Shown piece after piece: positions 28,538-37,887 of a stretch of DNA of 64,000 nucleotides. The position numbers and the translations under genes are program-made. Position 1 is the first letter of the stretch; each line of letters begins with the position of its first letter. Origin of the DNA: an uncultured bacterium (GTDB lineage: Bacteria > Hydrothermota > UBA3072); contig CAZSEX010000003.1 in assembly GCA_964606065.1 (NCBI GenBank), forward strand, positions 49,245 to 113,244, written 5' to 3'. Below the pieces are notes generated by a model. That model searched no databases. It saw only the letters and a list, made by a program, of their open reading frames with translations, and had not been told where the DNA came from.

Positions 28538-30436
28538 TCAATATTCAGCTATTTCTGTACGGTTCTTTCCTCTTTTTTTTGCGCTATACAAACCTCTGTC
28601 AGCCGCAGCTATGAGATCTTTTTTAGTATGTGCATGCGATCCAAACTCGGCAACGCCTATTGATACCGTAATTTTAAACTTAATATCCTCCGGAGAAACA
28701 AATACTTTGTTTTCGACCGCGACACGCAGATTTTCCGCCAGGTTACATCCATCTACACCATTAGTACTTGGTAATATTATGGCAAATTCCTCTCCTCCGT
28801 ACCTTGCGAGAATATCTGAAGACCTGATTCTATCTTTCATTAACATTCCCACTTCGCGTAAAATCATATCGCCATTTTGATGTCCAAACTGATCGTTAAT
28901 CGTTTTAAAATTGTCGAGATCTATCATTAGCAAAGAAACGGGCTCGTTTTTCCGCGCGGCTTCGGCGAGTTTATTGTCCAGCATCTCCTGAAAAAAGCGG
29001 TGATTGTAGGTTTCTGTCAATCCATCCATAATAGCCTTTTTCCTTTCGTGATCATACAAAACAGCTTTTTCTACAGAAGAAGCTGCGATATCCGTAATCA
29101 AATTTAAAATCATTAAATCATTATTCCTATCAAACCAATTCTGATTATTAGAAAGAAGCAGTATTCCACCCTTTATGTCTCCACGGAAAGGCGAAAACAA
29201 TAAAGACCTCGCCTCAAAATTCCGCTCTCCGGGAAACAAAATAGGTCTTTTTGTTTCCTTAAAAAGATCCATTTTACAAAGCGCGATATTTTTTTCAAGC
29301 GCTAAAGCGATTATACTCTTTTTAAGCTCCTGGTAATATCTTCTTCCATCTTCTTCGGTCAAATGATACTCGTTTCCCTCTTTTAGCAAGAAAATTGCCC
29401 ACACTTCTTTAAAACTACTTGTTACTGTTTCAAAAATGCTTTTTCTCACTTCTTCCAATCTAATCTCACCCGCCACTTTTTCTGTGAGACTTAAAAGAGA
29501 ACGAAATCTGAAAGCTTCAAGCATTGAAACACTTATATATTTACAAAGAGCAAACAGAGTGGATAGGCTCTGGACTATACTTGTTAAAATCTCTCTATCT
29601 CTTTCATCAAAAGCTTTTTTCCCCTGTCTATCCACCACCACAATACCTATCATATCATCATCAATCCCAATTGAACTGGCCATAAAACATCCGATATGTT
29701 CTTCCTTTTGATAGTATCCCAAGTTCATAGACGAATCATTAAAGTCATTATTTACCAGAATGCCGGAGTTTTTTAGAAACCAGGAAAGAGGTCCTTTGTT
29801 TATAGCAACTATTGGTTTTATCTCTCCTTCGCTTTTCGCTATTCTTACATGAAATTCATACTTTTCCTGTTTAACCAAGAGAACAACACTGAAAGGTTTA
29901 AACAACCGGGCAATGATATCCACGCTCGCCGATAAAGAATCGTATATTTTATTCGAAATAGTAGATGGCAGTTCTTTTTTTCGAGAAAAACTTTCTCTGA
30001 TATCCAGATTTTGCCCATCTTCATTCTCTTTCTCCATAGAAACGCTCTTTTTGTTGCTTTCTTCCGGTACAACAAAATACAGCAAAGCAATTGAACCATA
30101 AAATAGCAAATAAGGCAATACATAGAACTCCTCTAATAAAGAAAATAACGGCAATATAAGCCACCAGAATTTAATCTTTAAACCTCTTTTTCGTAGTATA
30201 AAAATAACCGGTAGATACGAAGCAAAAAGCGGAGAAGAAAGTCCTCCTGCTAATTGGACAAGAAAAGCTACCGCTGTAAGAGCAAAATAAAATGAAATAT
30301 TCTCTTTCTCTATTATAAAAAAAAATAAAATTGTTAGCATTGTTACCGGTACCCAGATAGATATACTCACAGGGGAAAAAACAAGAAACAAATATCCCAG
30401 AAACAAAAACAACGAAAGCCACCTGTATAAATTCAT
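28538..30436 (-). CDS. Membrane-anchored GAF-GGDEF diguanylate cyclase
   Basis: About 5 N-terminal TM helices, a GAF-like middle and a canonical GGDEF domain (RYGGEEFAIIL) with RxxD-like context. Confidence 0.8.
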   Translation of the reverse strand: MNLYRWLSLFLFLGYLFLVFSPVSISIWVPVTMLTILFFFIIEKENISFYFALTAVAFLVQLAGGLSSPLFASYLPVIFILRKRGLKIKFWWLILPLFSLLEEFYVLPYLLFYGSIALLYFVVPEESNKKSVSMEKENEDGQNLDIRESFSRKKELPSTISNKIYDSLSASVDIIARLFKPFSVVLLVKQEKYEFHVRIAKSEGEIKPIVAINKGPLSWFLKNSGILVNNDFNDSSMNLGYYQKEEHIGCFMASSIGIDDDMIGIVVVDRQGKKAFDERDREILTSIVQSLSTLFALCKYISVSMLEAFRFRSLLSLTEKVAGEIRLEEVRKSIFETVTSSFKEVWAIFLLKEGNEYHLTEEDGRRYYQELKKSIIALALEKNIALCKMDLFKETKRPILFPGERNFEARSLLFSPFRGDIKGGILLLSNNQNWFDRNNDLMILNLITDIAASSVEKAVLYDHERKKAIMDGLTETYNHRFFQEMLDNKLAEAARKNEPVSLLMIDLDNFKTINDQFGHQNGDMILREVGMLMKDRIRSSDILARYGGEEFAIILPSTNGVDGCNLAENLRVAVENKVFVSPEDIKFKITVSIGVAEFGSHAHTKKDLIAAADRGLYSAKKRGKNRTEIAEY

Positions 30437-30563
30437 ATAAAATTATAACTCCTCATACCTATATTGTCAAGGATTACAGAACTTTTTAATTTTTTTTTTA
30501 AAAATCTATCTTCACCCTCTTGACATAATATTAATTTTGACAAATAATAAAAAATAGATTATC
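30437..30563. promoter_or_regulatory. Candidate oriC part / dnaA promoter region at the gene-strand switch
   Basis: A very AT-rich 127-nt spacer (tttttaattttttttttaaaaatc) with TTGACA elements, lying between the last minus-strand gene and dnaA. Confidence 0.4.
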
Positions 30564-31883
30564 ATGAAAGAACAATTTGACTGGAAACTCATAAAGGAAA
30601 AACTGCAAGCAGAAATAAACGAATCTGCTTATAAAGCGTGGTTCGCCAATATGGAATTGGAAGAAGTAAACGGAGAAGATGTCTATTTTAATATTCCCAA
30701 CACTTTTACACAACACTGGATAACAGAACACTTTATGGGCGAACTTAATTCGTCCATTAAAAGCGTTACGGGTAATTTTTACCGAGTGCGGTTTCTTGTT
30801 AACAAAAAAGAAGACACAGAAAGTTATCAAGAAAATGAAAAAGAGCTGCAACAGGCACAAAAACCTCTGTTACATGATAAGTACACTTTCAACAATTTTG
30901 TAGTGGGAGATAATAATAAATTTGCTTACGCTGCGGCTATGGCGGTTTCTAACGCGCCGGGCAGAGAATATAATCCTCTTTTTATCTACGGTGGAGTTGG
31001 TCTCGGTAAAACACACTTATTACAGGCGACAGGAAATAAAGTCTATTTTCAATATCCCAACCTCAAAATACTATATACCCAAACGGAAGAATTTCTCAAT
31101 GAAATGATAAAATCTATTCAAGAATATTCTACTGTGCAGTTCAAGCAAAAATATAGAGAAATAGATTTACTTTTAATCGATGATATTCATTTCCTCTCAG
31201 GCAAAGAAAGATTACAGGAAGAATTTTTTCACACGTTTAATGCTTTATTCGAAGCAAAAAAACAAATAGTTATTACTTCGGACCGTCCTCCTAAAGAAAT
31301 TTCAGGTCTGGAGGAGAGAGTTATTTCCCGTTTTCATTGGGGGCTAATGGTAGATCTTCAACCCCCTGATTTTGAAACCAGGTTGGCTATTCTTCGTTCT
31401 AAAATACAAAGCGATAATATTCAAATTAGCGATAGCGTAGTTAACTATATTGCTTCCAATATTAAATCCAATATTAGAGAATTAGAAGGTTGCCTGATAA
31501 AGTTACTGGCACATGCATCAATATATAAGACCGATATAACTGTAGAACTCGCCAAAAGAATATTAATTGACTTTATAAAAGAAAAAGAAAAAAGGATCAC
31601 ATTAGAAAGAATAATTAGCACTGTTTCTGAGTTTTATAATATAGATACAGAAGAGATAAAAGGTGATAAAAGATTAAAAAGTATTGCTCAAGCAAGACAG
31701 ATCGCCATCTATCTTGCAAGAAATTTAACAAACCTTTCCCTGAAAGAGATTGGAAATGATTTTGGTAAAAGGGATCATTCCACTATTCTACATTCTTTCA
31801 ACAAAATAGAAAATTTAACAAGGAAAAACAAGAAGATAAAAGGGGATATTGAAGCAATAAAAAGTAAACTAACCGAGGTGTGA
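30564..31883 (+). CDS. dnaA: Chromosomal replication initiator DnaA
   Basis: N-terminal domain, AAA+ Walker A GGVGLGKTHLLQA and the C-terminal DNA-binding domain (IAQARQIAIYLARNLT). Confidence 0.95.
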   Translation: MKEQFDWKLIKEKLQAEINESAYKAWFANMELEEVNGEDVYFNIPNTFTQHWITEHFMGELNSSIKSVTGNFYRVRFLVNKKEDTESYQENEKELQQAQKPLLHDKYTFNNFVVGDNNKFAYAAAMAVSNAPGREYNPLFIYGGVGLGKTHLLQATGNKVYFQYPNLKILYTQTEEFLNEMIKSIQEYSTVQFKQKYREIDLLLIDDIHFLSGKERLQEEFFHTFNALFEAKKQIVITSDRPPKEISGLEERVISRFHWGLMVDLQPPDFETRLAILRSKIQSDNIQISDSVVNYIASNIKSNIRELEGCLIKLLAHASIYKTDITVELAKRILIDFIKEKEKRITLERIISTVSEFYNIDTEEIKGDKRLKSIAQARQIAIYLARNLTNLSLKEIGNDFGKRDHSTILHSFNKIENLTRKNKKIKGDIEAIKSKLTEV

Positions 31884-32051
31884 TGAATAAACGATGGTTT
31901 ATAAACATTTTATCCACATACTATTTTTGAAAATTTATGATTAAAACAAGAATAATAAAAAGGCTTTTTAAAAATATCCACTTATCCACAGGAACTACAA
32001 AAACTACAATAATGATATATAACTATTATTAACTGTTAAAAAGGAGGAATA
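31884..32051. promoter_or_regulatory. dnaA-dnaN intergenic region with DnaA boxes (candidate oriC)
   Basis: Perfect TTATCCACA at 31910-31918 and 31982-31990, plus an adjacent partial box atatccac at 31974-31981, in an AT-rich 168-nt spacer. Confidence 0.55.
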
Positions 32052-33131
32052 ATGTTTTTTTCTATAAATGCTGAAGATTTTGTAAAAGAATTTAAAGCTG
32101 TAATTCAAATTGTACCTGTGCATACAACATTTCCTATACTATCCAATGTAAAAATAGAAGTAAAAAAAGAAAATTTGAATATTTTTGCAACCGATTTAGA
32201 CACCTCTTTGTTATATAGTACAAATTTGTGTAAAACTGAACAACCGGGAGTAATTATAGTTCCGGCAAAAACGTTATTTTCTGTAATGGGAGAAATAAAA
32301 GGGAAAACAGTTTTTCAGAAAGAAGAAAGTAGAATCAAAATCGAGCACGACAAAGGATATTTTTATCTGCCTTTAATGGAAGAAGAAGATTTTCCTTCAA
32401 AACCTGTAATAACCGAAGAAGAAACTTATGAGGTAAACTCTAAAGAATTAGAAGAAATTATAGATAAACTTGTTTTTATTGTACCTGAAGATTCATCTAA
32501 AAGAAAAATGAGTGGTATGTTGTGGGAATATCAAAATCAGAACCTAAAATTGGTTGCGACTGATAGTTTTAGTCTTGGTTATAAGGATATCAAGGTTAAT
32601 CTCGGAGAAAAATCTTTTAAAATAGTTGTTCCTCCGAAAATTTTAAAACAGTTGTCGACTTTTAATGCGCAAAGAATAAAAATAGGGGTAGATGAAAGCA
32701 AAATTTATTTCTTGGGAGAACAATTTACGCTTGTTTCTAATTTAATTAAAGTCGATTTTCCCAATTATAAAACTGTAATATCAGAAAAAAGTGATAACAT
32801 TTTATCTTTAGACAGGGAAGCTTTTCTTGATTCCTTAAAAAGAGTTTCTGTGTTTTCTAACGACAGGCCAAGAACCGTAAATTTAAATTTAGGAGAAAGT
32901 TTAACTGTGGAAGTTTTTTCTGAAATAGGAGAAAGTAGAGAGAAATTAGATGGAACATACAAAGGTAAAGAGATAAATATAGCTCTCTCTTCAAATTACT
33001 TAATTGACTTTTTAAGGAAAATTAAATCCAAAAACGTCAATTTGAGTTTTGAAGCTAAAAATAAACCTATTACTATCGAAGGAGAAGATAAAGAAATTTT
33101 TTATCTCTTAATGCCCATAACAATAGAATAA
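32052..33131 (+). CDS. dnaN: DNA polymerase III beta sliding clamp
   Basis: Three-domain clamp sequence immediately after dnaA, with an SD aaaggagg. Confidence 0.9.
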   Translation: MFFSINAEDFVKEFKAVIQIVPVHTTFPILSNVKIEVKKENLNIFATDLDTSLLYSTNLCKTEQPGVIIVPAKTLFSVMGEIKGKTVFQKEESRIKIEHDKGYFYLPLMEEEDFPSKPVITEEETYEVNSKELEEIIDKLVFIVPEDSSKRKMSGMLWEYQNQNLKLVATDSFSLGYKDIKVNLGEKSFKIVVPPKILKQLSTFNAQRIKIGVDESKIYFLGEQFTLVSNLIKVDFPNYKTVISEKSDNILSLDREAFLDSLKRVSVFSNDRPRTVNLNLGESLTVEVFSEIGESREKLDGTYKGKEINIALSSNYLIDFLRKIKSKNVNLSFEAKNKPITIEGEDKEIFYLLMPITIE

Positions 33132-33132
33132 A

Positions 33133-33324
33133 TTAGATAACTTTTTTAACTTTATTGGTTTTTAAACATTTTGAACAAACATACACTTTTTTAATCTTAT
33201 CGTTGATTAATATTTTTATACTATGTAAGTTTGGTTTTTGTTTCTTTTTGGTTTTACGTTTAGAATGACTTACCTTATTGCCAAAAGTAGTTGTCTTTCC
33301 ACAAACAAAACATTTTTTTCCCAT
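33133..33324 (-). CDS. rpmB: 50S ribosomal protein L28
   Basis: MGKKCFVCGKTTTFGNKVSHSKRKTKKKQKPNLH matches L28. The start is taken at the third Met of the track ORF. Confidence 0.8.
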   Translation of the reverse strand: MGKKCFVCGKTTTFGNKVSHSKRKTKKKQKPNLHSIKILINDKIKKVYVCSKCLKTNKVKKVI

Positions 33325-33445
33325 TAACACATCTCCTTTTTTTTTAATATAATAGAAACAATATGTTTTTTGTCAATACCATGTTTGTCTATTGACTTTT
33401 TCTTTTTTTACTTTATACTAAATATATTAAAAAAAAGGAGGTAAC

Positions 33446-34033
33446 ATGAAAAAGTTTATACTGTATGCGTTGGTTTTATTACTGTTGGTTCTCGGCTGCG
33501 CTTCAAAAGGTACAACAAAAGTTGGTGAAGTGGAAATACCCGATTGGTATCTAAATCCGCCAGAAAGCGAAGATTATATATATGGAAAAGCCACAGCTAC
33601 ATCGCAAGATTTGCAATTAGCAATAGATAAAGCAAAACAGGGAGCCAGGCTTGATATAGCTGAAAATCTTGAATCTCATATAATGGGATTAGTGAAGAAA
33701 TTCGATGAAGAGGTGGGGGGTGTAGAAGAAAGCGAACTTCTTACCCAGTTTACGCAGGTTTCTAAAAATGTTGTTGATCAAACCCTTGTGGGCTCAAGAG
33801 AAAATAAAACTAAAGTAAAGGATGAAGGTAAAGGATTTAGAGCTTTTGTGCTTATGGAATTTCCTGTAGGTAAAGCGAGGGAAGAATTGTTAAAGCAGTT
33901 GTCTTCTGCCGAAAACGAGAATTTATATACTCGTTTTAGAGCTTCACAGTCTTTTCAAGATTTAAAAGAAGAGATTGAAGCATTAAGAAAGTATAAACAA
34001 GAGGAGGAAAAGGGTTTGAGCGATTTTAAATAA
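33446..34033 (+). CDS. Hypothetical lipoprotein
   Basis: Signal peptide with lipobox LLVLGCAS. Coiled-coil-rich mature part. Confidence 0.5.
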   Translation: MKKFILYALVLLLLVLGCASKGTTKVGEVEIPDWYLNPPESEDYIYGKATATSQDLQLAIDKAKQGARLDIAENLESHIMGLVKKFDEEVGGVEESELLTQFTQVSKNVVDQTLVGSRENKTKVKDEGKGFRAFVLMEFPVGKAREELLKQLSSAENENLYTRFRASQSFQDLKEEIEALRKYKQEEEKGLSDFK

Positions 34034-34078
34034 AATATATTTTTACCTCCTTGTTTTTTAGTTTTTAACGCTTGGTTT

Positions 34079-34114
34079 TAAACGCCACGGTATAGCAAGA
34101 ATCCGTGGCGTTTA
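34079..34114 (+). terminator. Perfect 12-bp stem-loop downstream of the lipoprotein gene (terminator-like, weak U tract)
   Basis: taaacgccacgg, 12-nt loop, ccgtggcgttta, followed by ctatt rather than a clean T run. Confidence 0.35.
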
Positions 34115-34160
34115 CTATTAACCCTTGCGTAATCCAAAAACTTAAGTAAATTATAGAAGG

Positions 34161-34775
34161 ATGATTTTTGAAATAAAAAAGAGTAAAAGTTATCGTCCGA
34201 TATTAGTATTGATAATCTTTATGTTCCTTTTAATACCGTTTCCTTTTATATCTCCAACATCCAATATAAGGTGGCATAAAGAATACGGACGATTACGTCA
34301 TAAAGCTCTGCTGTATGCAAGGTCCAGTGGAGTTAGAGGCGATAGCGAAACGATAAAAAGGGCTTACGATTATTCTGTCAGATTCCGGATGAGATGGCCG
34401 TTTGTGGTTCGCTGGATTCAGGCAGAAAGCGATTTTATTCCAAATGCCACCAGTAAAGTTAACGCTAAAGGACTCACTCAAGTTATGCAAGGAACCGCTA
34501 CATATATAGGAGAAGTTCTTTTGTATTCCGGTTCTGTTGGCTTAACCGTAGAAGAAGAGCAAAAATTGAGAGAGATGAAATATAATTTATATGAAGTCGA
34601 AGACAATCTACTCTTGGGTTTTTCTTATTTAAAGTTTCTTTCTGTTTTTTCTGAGAATCCGGAAGAAGCTTTAGCGAGATATCTTGCCGGCAAGAAATGG
34701 GTCGACTTTATAAATTCCAGTTATGTTAGAAGCATCTCCGATGGAAAGCCTATAAGTCCCGATGTTTCTTTATAA
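34161..34775 (+). CDS. Lytic transglycosylase (SLT-domain protein)
   Basis: SLT catalytic motif WIQAESDFIPNATSKVNAKGLTQVMQGTA (ES...GLxQxM) and an N-terminal signal/TM segment. Confidence 0.65.
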   Translation: MIFEIKKSKSYRPILVLIIFMFLLIPFPFISPTSNIRWHKEYGRLRHKALLYARSSGVRGDSETIKRAYDYSVRFRMRWPFVVRWIQAESDFIPNATSKVNAKGLTQVMQGTATYIGEVLLYSGSVGLTVEEEQKLREMKYNLYEVEDNLLLGFSYLKFLSVFSENPEEALARYLAGKKWVDFINSSYVRSISDGKPISPDVSL

Positions 34776-34800
34776 AATCATATATTAAAAAGATAAAGAA

Positions 34801-35283
34801 TTATCTTTGCAATAATCTGATTGTAAAAAAGGCGATCATTATAAAAGATATAACAATCTTAAGAAAAGTTCCTCCGAAAAAGCCTATAACCGCTCCAGTG
34901 CCGGAGCGTAATGCCGTTTTTATTTTCTTTCCCGTTATGAGTTCTCCAAGTAAAGCTCCTAAAAGAGGACCTAAGATTATTCCCCATGGGGCGAAAAAAA
35001 CGCCGATAACAGCTCCCAGGAAAGCCCCTATAAATCCGAGTTTCGAAGCTCCGAACTTTTTAGATCCTATAGAACTTGAAATATATTCTATAACCACCGA
35101 AATAACGGTTAATATCAAGAAAATAATAATCAGATTTCTTGAAATGATTGTGAAATCGGTAAGCCATGCGTACACATAAACCCCTATAAACACCAGCGGC
35201 GTACCCGGCAACATTGGCAATATACAACCCGCAAGTCCCACGACCATAATAAGATAACAACAAATCAAAACAAACATATTCAT
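34801..35283 (-). CDS. DUF456-family small membrane protein
   Basis: Four TM helices with the characteristic N-terminal GLAGCILPMLPGTPL pattern. Confidence 0.5.
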   Translation of the reverse strand: MNMFVLICCYLIMVVGLAGCILPMLPGTPLVFIGVYVYAWLTDFTIISRNLIIIFLILTVISVVIEYISSSIGSKKFGASKLGFIGAFLGAVIGVFFAPWGIILGPLLGALLGELITGKKIKTALRSGTGAVIGFFGGTFLKIVISFIMIAFFTIRLLQR

Positions 35284-35292
35284 AATAAAGGG

Positions 35293-36600
35293 TTAATGGA
35301 AGAGAGAAGAAAGAGTGGATTGCCCTTTCCTTCCTTTCATTTGTTTCAATAGTTTTTGAGCCATTTTGAATTCTTTGAGGAGACGATTTATATCTTGAAC
35401 GGAAGTTCCGCTTCCATCAGCGATTCGTCTTCTTCGAGATGCATCCATGATTGAAGGATTTTTTCGTTCTTTTGATGTCATTGATTGAATAATAGCCTCG
35501 GTTTTTATCATCTGTTTCTCATCCATCATTTTTTTTAAACCTCTTCCCCCGGGAAACATATCGAGAAGCGCGTCCAAAGGGCCCATTCTCTTTAACTGTT
35601 TAATTTGTCCGAGGAAGTCTTCTAAATCAATTTTACCTTCTTGTATTTTGTTTTGTAACTTGACTGCGGTTTCTTTCTCAATCGCTTGTTCAGCTTTTTC
35701 CTGGAGAGTTTTTAAGTCACCCATACCAAGAATACGTGTGGCTAATCGTTCCGGATGCAAAACTTCAAGAGCATCCGCTTTTTCTCCAATCCCTATAAAT
35801 TTTATAGGTTTGCCCGTGATTTTTCTCATGGATAGAGCAGCTCCACCCCTTGCATCTCCATCCATCTTGGTAAGAATAATGCCTGTTATTCCAAGGGCTT
35901 CATCAAAATCTTTTGCAATATTTACAGCATCTTGACCCGTCATTGAGTCCGCGACAAGTAGTATTTCAGAAGGATTAACGATTTCCTTTATCTGTTTAAT
36001 CTGCCTGATCATTTCTATGTCGATGTGCAATCTGCCGGCTGTATCGAATATGAGAGTGTCGTACCTTTTAAGTATGGAACGAGTAAGCGCCTGTTTGCAG
36101 AGCTTCACTTCATCGTTAAATCTCTCGGAGAAATAAGGGAGTTCTTCCCTTTCAGCCATATCGCGCAGTTGTTCGTAAGCCGCGGGTCTTTTAACGTCCG
36201 CAGGGATTAGGAAAGGATTTCGTCCTTTATTTTTTAAAAAATATCCTAATTTTATCGCAGTTGTTGTTTTTCCGGATCCCTGCAGCCCCACGAGTAAAAT
36301 TGAACTCGGCTGTTTATCTAAAACAAGGGGATCCGCTTTTCCTATTAAGCTTATCAGTTTTTCCCCAACGATCTGGACAATCATTTCCGCGGGGGTAAAA
36401 CTTTCATATATTTTTCTCGATATTGCTTCATTCTCGATTTCCGCTGCGAAATCGGTCGCCACCTGTAAATTCACATCTGCTTCCAGCAATGCTATTCTTA
36501 TATCTCGCATACTGTCTTTAACCTGGGAAGCCGAAAGTCTTCCTTTACCGCTTAGGTTTTTTGCTATATTTCTGATTCTTTCACTTAATCTTTCAAACAT
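35293..36600 (-). CDS. ffh: Signal recognition particle protein Ffh
   Basis: N domain, G domain (LVGLQGSGKTTT, DTAGR, TKMDGD) and a Met-rich M domain. Confidence 0.95.
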   Translation of the reverse strand: MFERLSERIRNIAKNLSGKGRLSASQVKDSMRDIRIALLEADVNLQVATDFAAEIENEAISRKIYESFTPAEMIVQIVGEKLISLIGKADPLVLDKQPSSILLVGLQGSGKTTTAIKLGYFLKNKGRNPFLIPADVKRPAAYEQLRDMAEREELPYFSERFNDEVKLCKQALTRSILKRYDTLIFDTAGRLHIDIEMIRQIKQIKEIVNPSEILLVADSMTGQDAVNIAKDFDEALGITGIILTKMDGDARGGAALSMRKITGKPIKFIGIGEKADALEVLHPERLATRILGMGDLKTLQEKAEQAIEKETAVKLQNKIQEGKIDLEDFLGQIKQLKRMGPLDALLDMFPGGRGLKKMMDEKQMIKTEAIIQSMTSKERKNPSIMDASRRRRIADGSGTSVQDINRLLKEFKMAQKLLKQMKGRKGQSTLSSLFH

Positions 36601-36749
36601 ACGATTAAATATAACAGCATTTTTAGTAATTGCAAGGAGATCTTAGTGAGTAGTAAGCTAAATAGCGAGAGTCGCCGTACTTGACAATACAATAAAGTAT
36701 TTTATTATCAAAGTAAAACAGGATAAATTTTAAGAGGGAGGAGTCAATT

Positions 36750-37868
36750 ATGAAGAAGCTATTTATTAAAAGCTTTGTCAAATTATTAACGTTTATTGTT
36801 GTTCTTGGCTGCTTTAAGGAAAACGCTACATTAACTTTTTCCGCCGATATGATTCAAAGGGTAAATGATCGTAGTATGGAAGGAAAAATATTTGTGAAAG
36901 GAAACGAGTACCGAATGGATATAGTAGAGAATGGGGAAAAGCTTAGCATTTTAGTTGATCGTGCAAGTGCTAAACAGAAAGTTATTGTGCATTCTAAAAA
37001 AGTTGCGCAGGAATACTTAAATGCCAGCGAAAAAAGTCTAAACAACAATCCTTTTGAAAATTTCAAATATCAGCTTGAAATAGGCTCTGCAGATACAATA
37101 GGTTCGGAAATTATTAATGGTTACGAATGCCTAAAAATAGAGGTTTCGAATGAGAACAAAAAAATACTGACTGCCTGGATTTCTGATAAGCTAAACTGGC
37201 CGATTAAAATAGAAACTGCAGATAAACCCAATAATGATGTTGATTTAAGCAACATTAAAGAAGGTGAAGTCGTAGAGGCAGATTTTTTCAAGGTGCCTGA
37301 GGAGTATACACTTCACCCGTTTAAAGAGGAAATGCCGAAAGAGTTACCGGATATAAGAAAAATGAAAGAAGCTGTACTGGCACAAGTAGAGAAAAAGGGA
37401 ATAGAGCTGGAAACGGAGGAAGGGAAAATAGCAGTAAGAGGGTTCGGAGCAACTGTATTAGCAAGATACTTTCCGGGATGGAGATTTTTCCGGGTTGTCA
37501 GGAGTGGAGAAAAAAAGGATAGCATTCCTTTAGGATTTAAACCGGTGGGGACTGCTATTGTTAGTGGCGATATCGAAACAATTTACCTGTTGAATAGCCC
37601 CGACTCGGATTCACCCATCGATATTGGGCTTAAAATATTCCATAGTGACAGAATAAAATTGAATAATGAAAGAGAAGTAGAAACTTTTGGCAAGGCGCTG
37701 GCTATATTGTATTTTGTGGGAGTAGGGGTTAGGGAGGTAGAGCCTCTGGGTGCAAACAAATGGAAGATTTCTCTCGGAAAAACTTCCCGAGGAGAGGGTT
37801 TTTTTATAATTACATTAAACAAAAGGGGAGAAGTAAAAGGAATTGAATACAAATCAAAAGTAAAGTGA
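36750..37868 (+). CDS. Hypothetical secreted protein
   Basis: Signal peptide MKKLFIKSFVKLLTFIVVLGCF. Upstream promoter TTGACA, 16 nt, then TATTAT at about 36683-36710. Confidence 0.45.
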   Translation: MKKLFIKSFVKLLTFIVVLGCFKENATLTFSADMIQRVNDRSMEGKIFVKGNEYRMDIVENGEKLSILVDRASAKQKVIVHSKKVAQEYLNASEKSLNNNPFENFKYQLEIGSADTIGSEIINGYECLKIEVSNENKKILTAWISDKLNWPIKIETADKPNNDVDLSNIKEGEVVEADFFKVPEEYTLHPFKEEMPKELPDIRKMKEAVLAQVEKKGIELETEEGKIAVRGFGATVLARYFPGWRFFRVVRSGEKKDSIPLGFKPVGTAIVSGDIETIYLLNSPDSDSPIDIGLKIFHSDRIKLNNEREVETFGKALAILYFVGVGVREVEPLGANKWKISLGKTSRGEGFFIITLNKRGEVKGIEYKSKVK

Positions 37869-37887
37869 TAATAATAGACGAAGAAAA

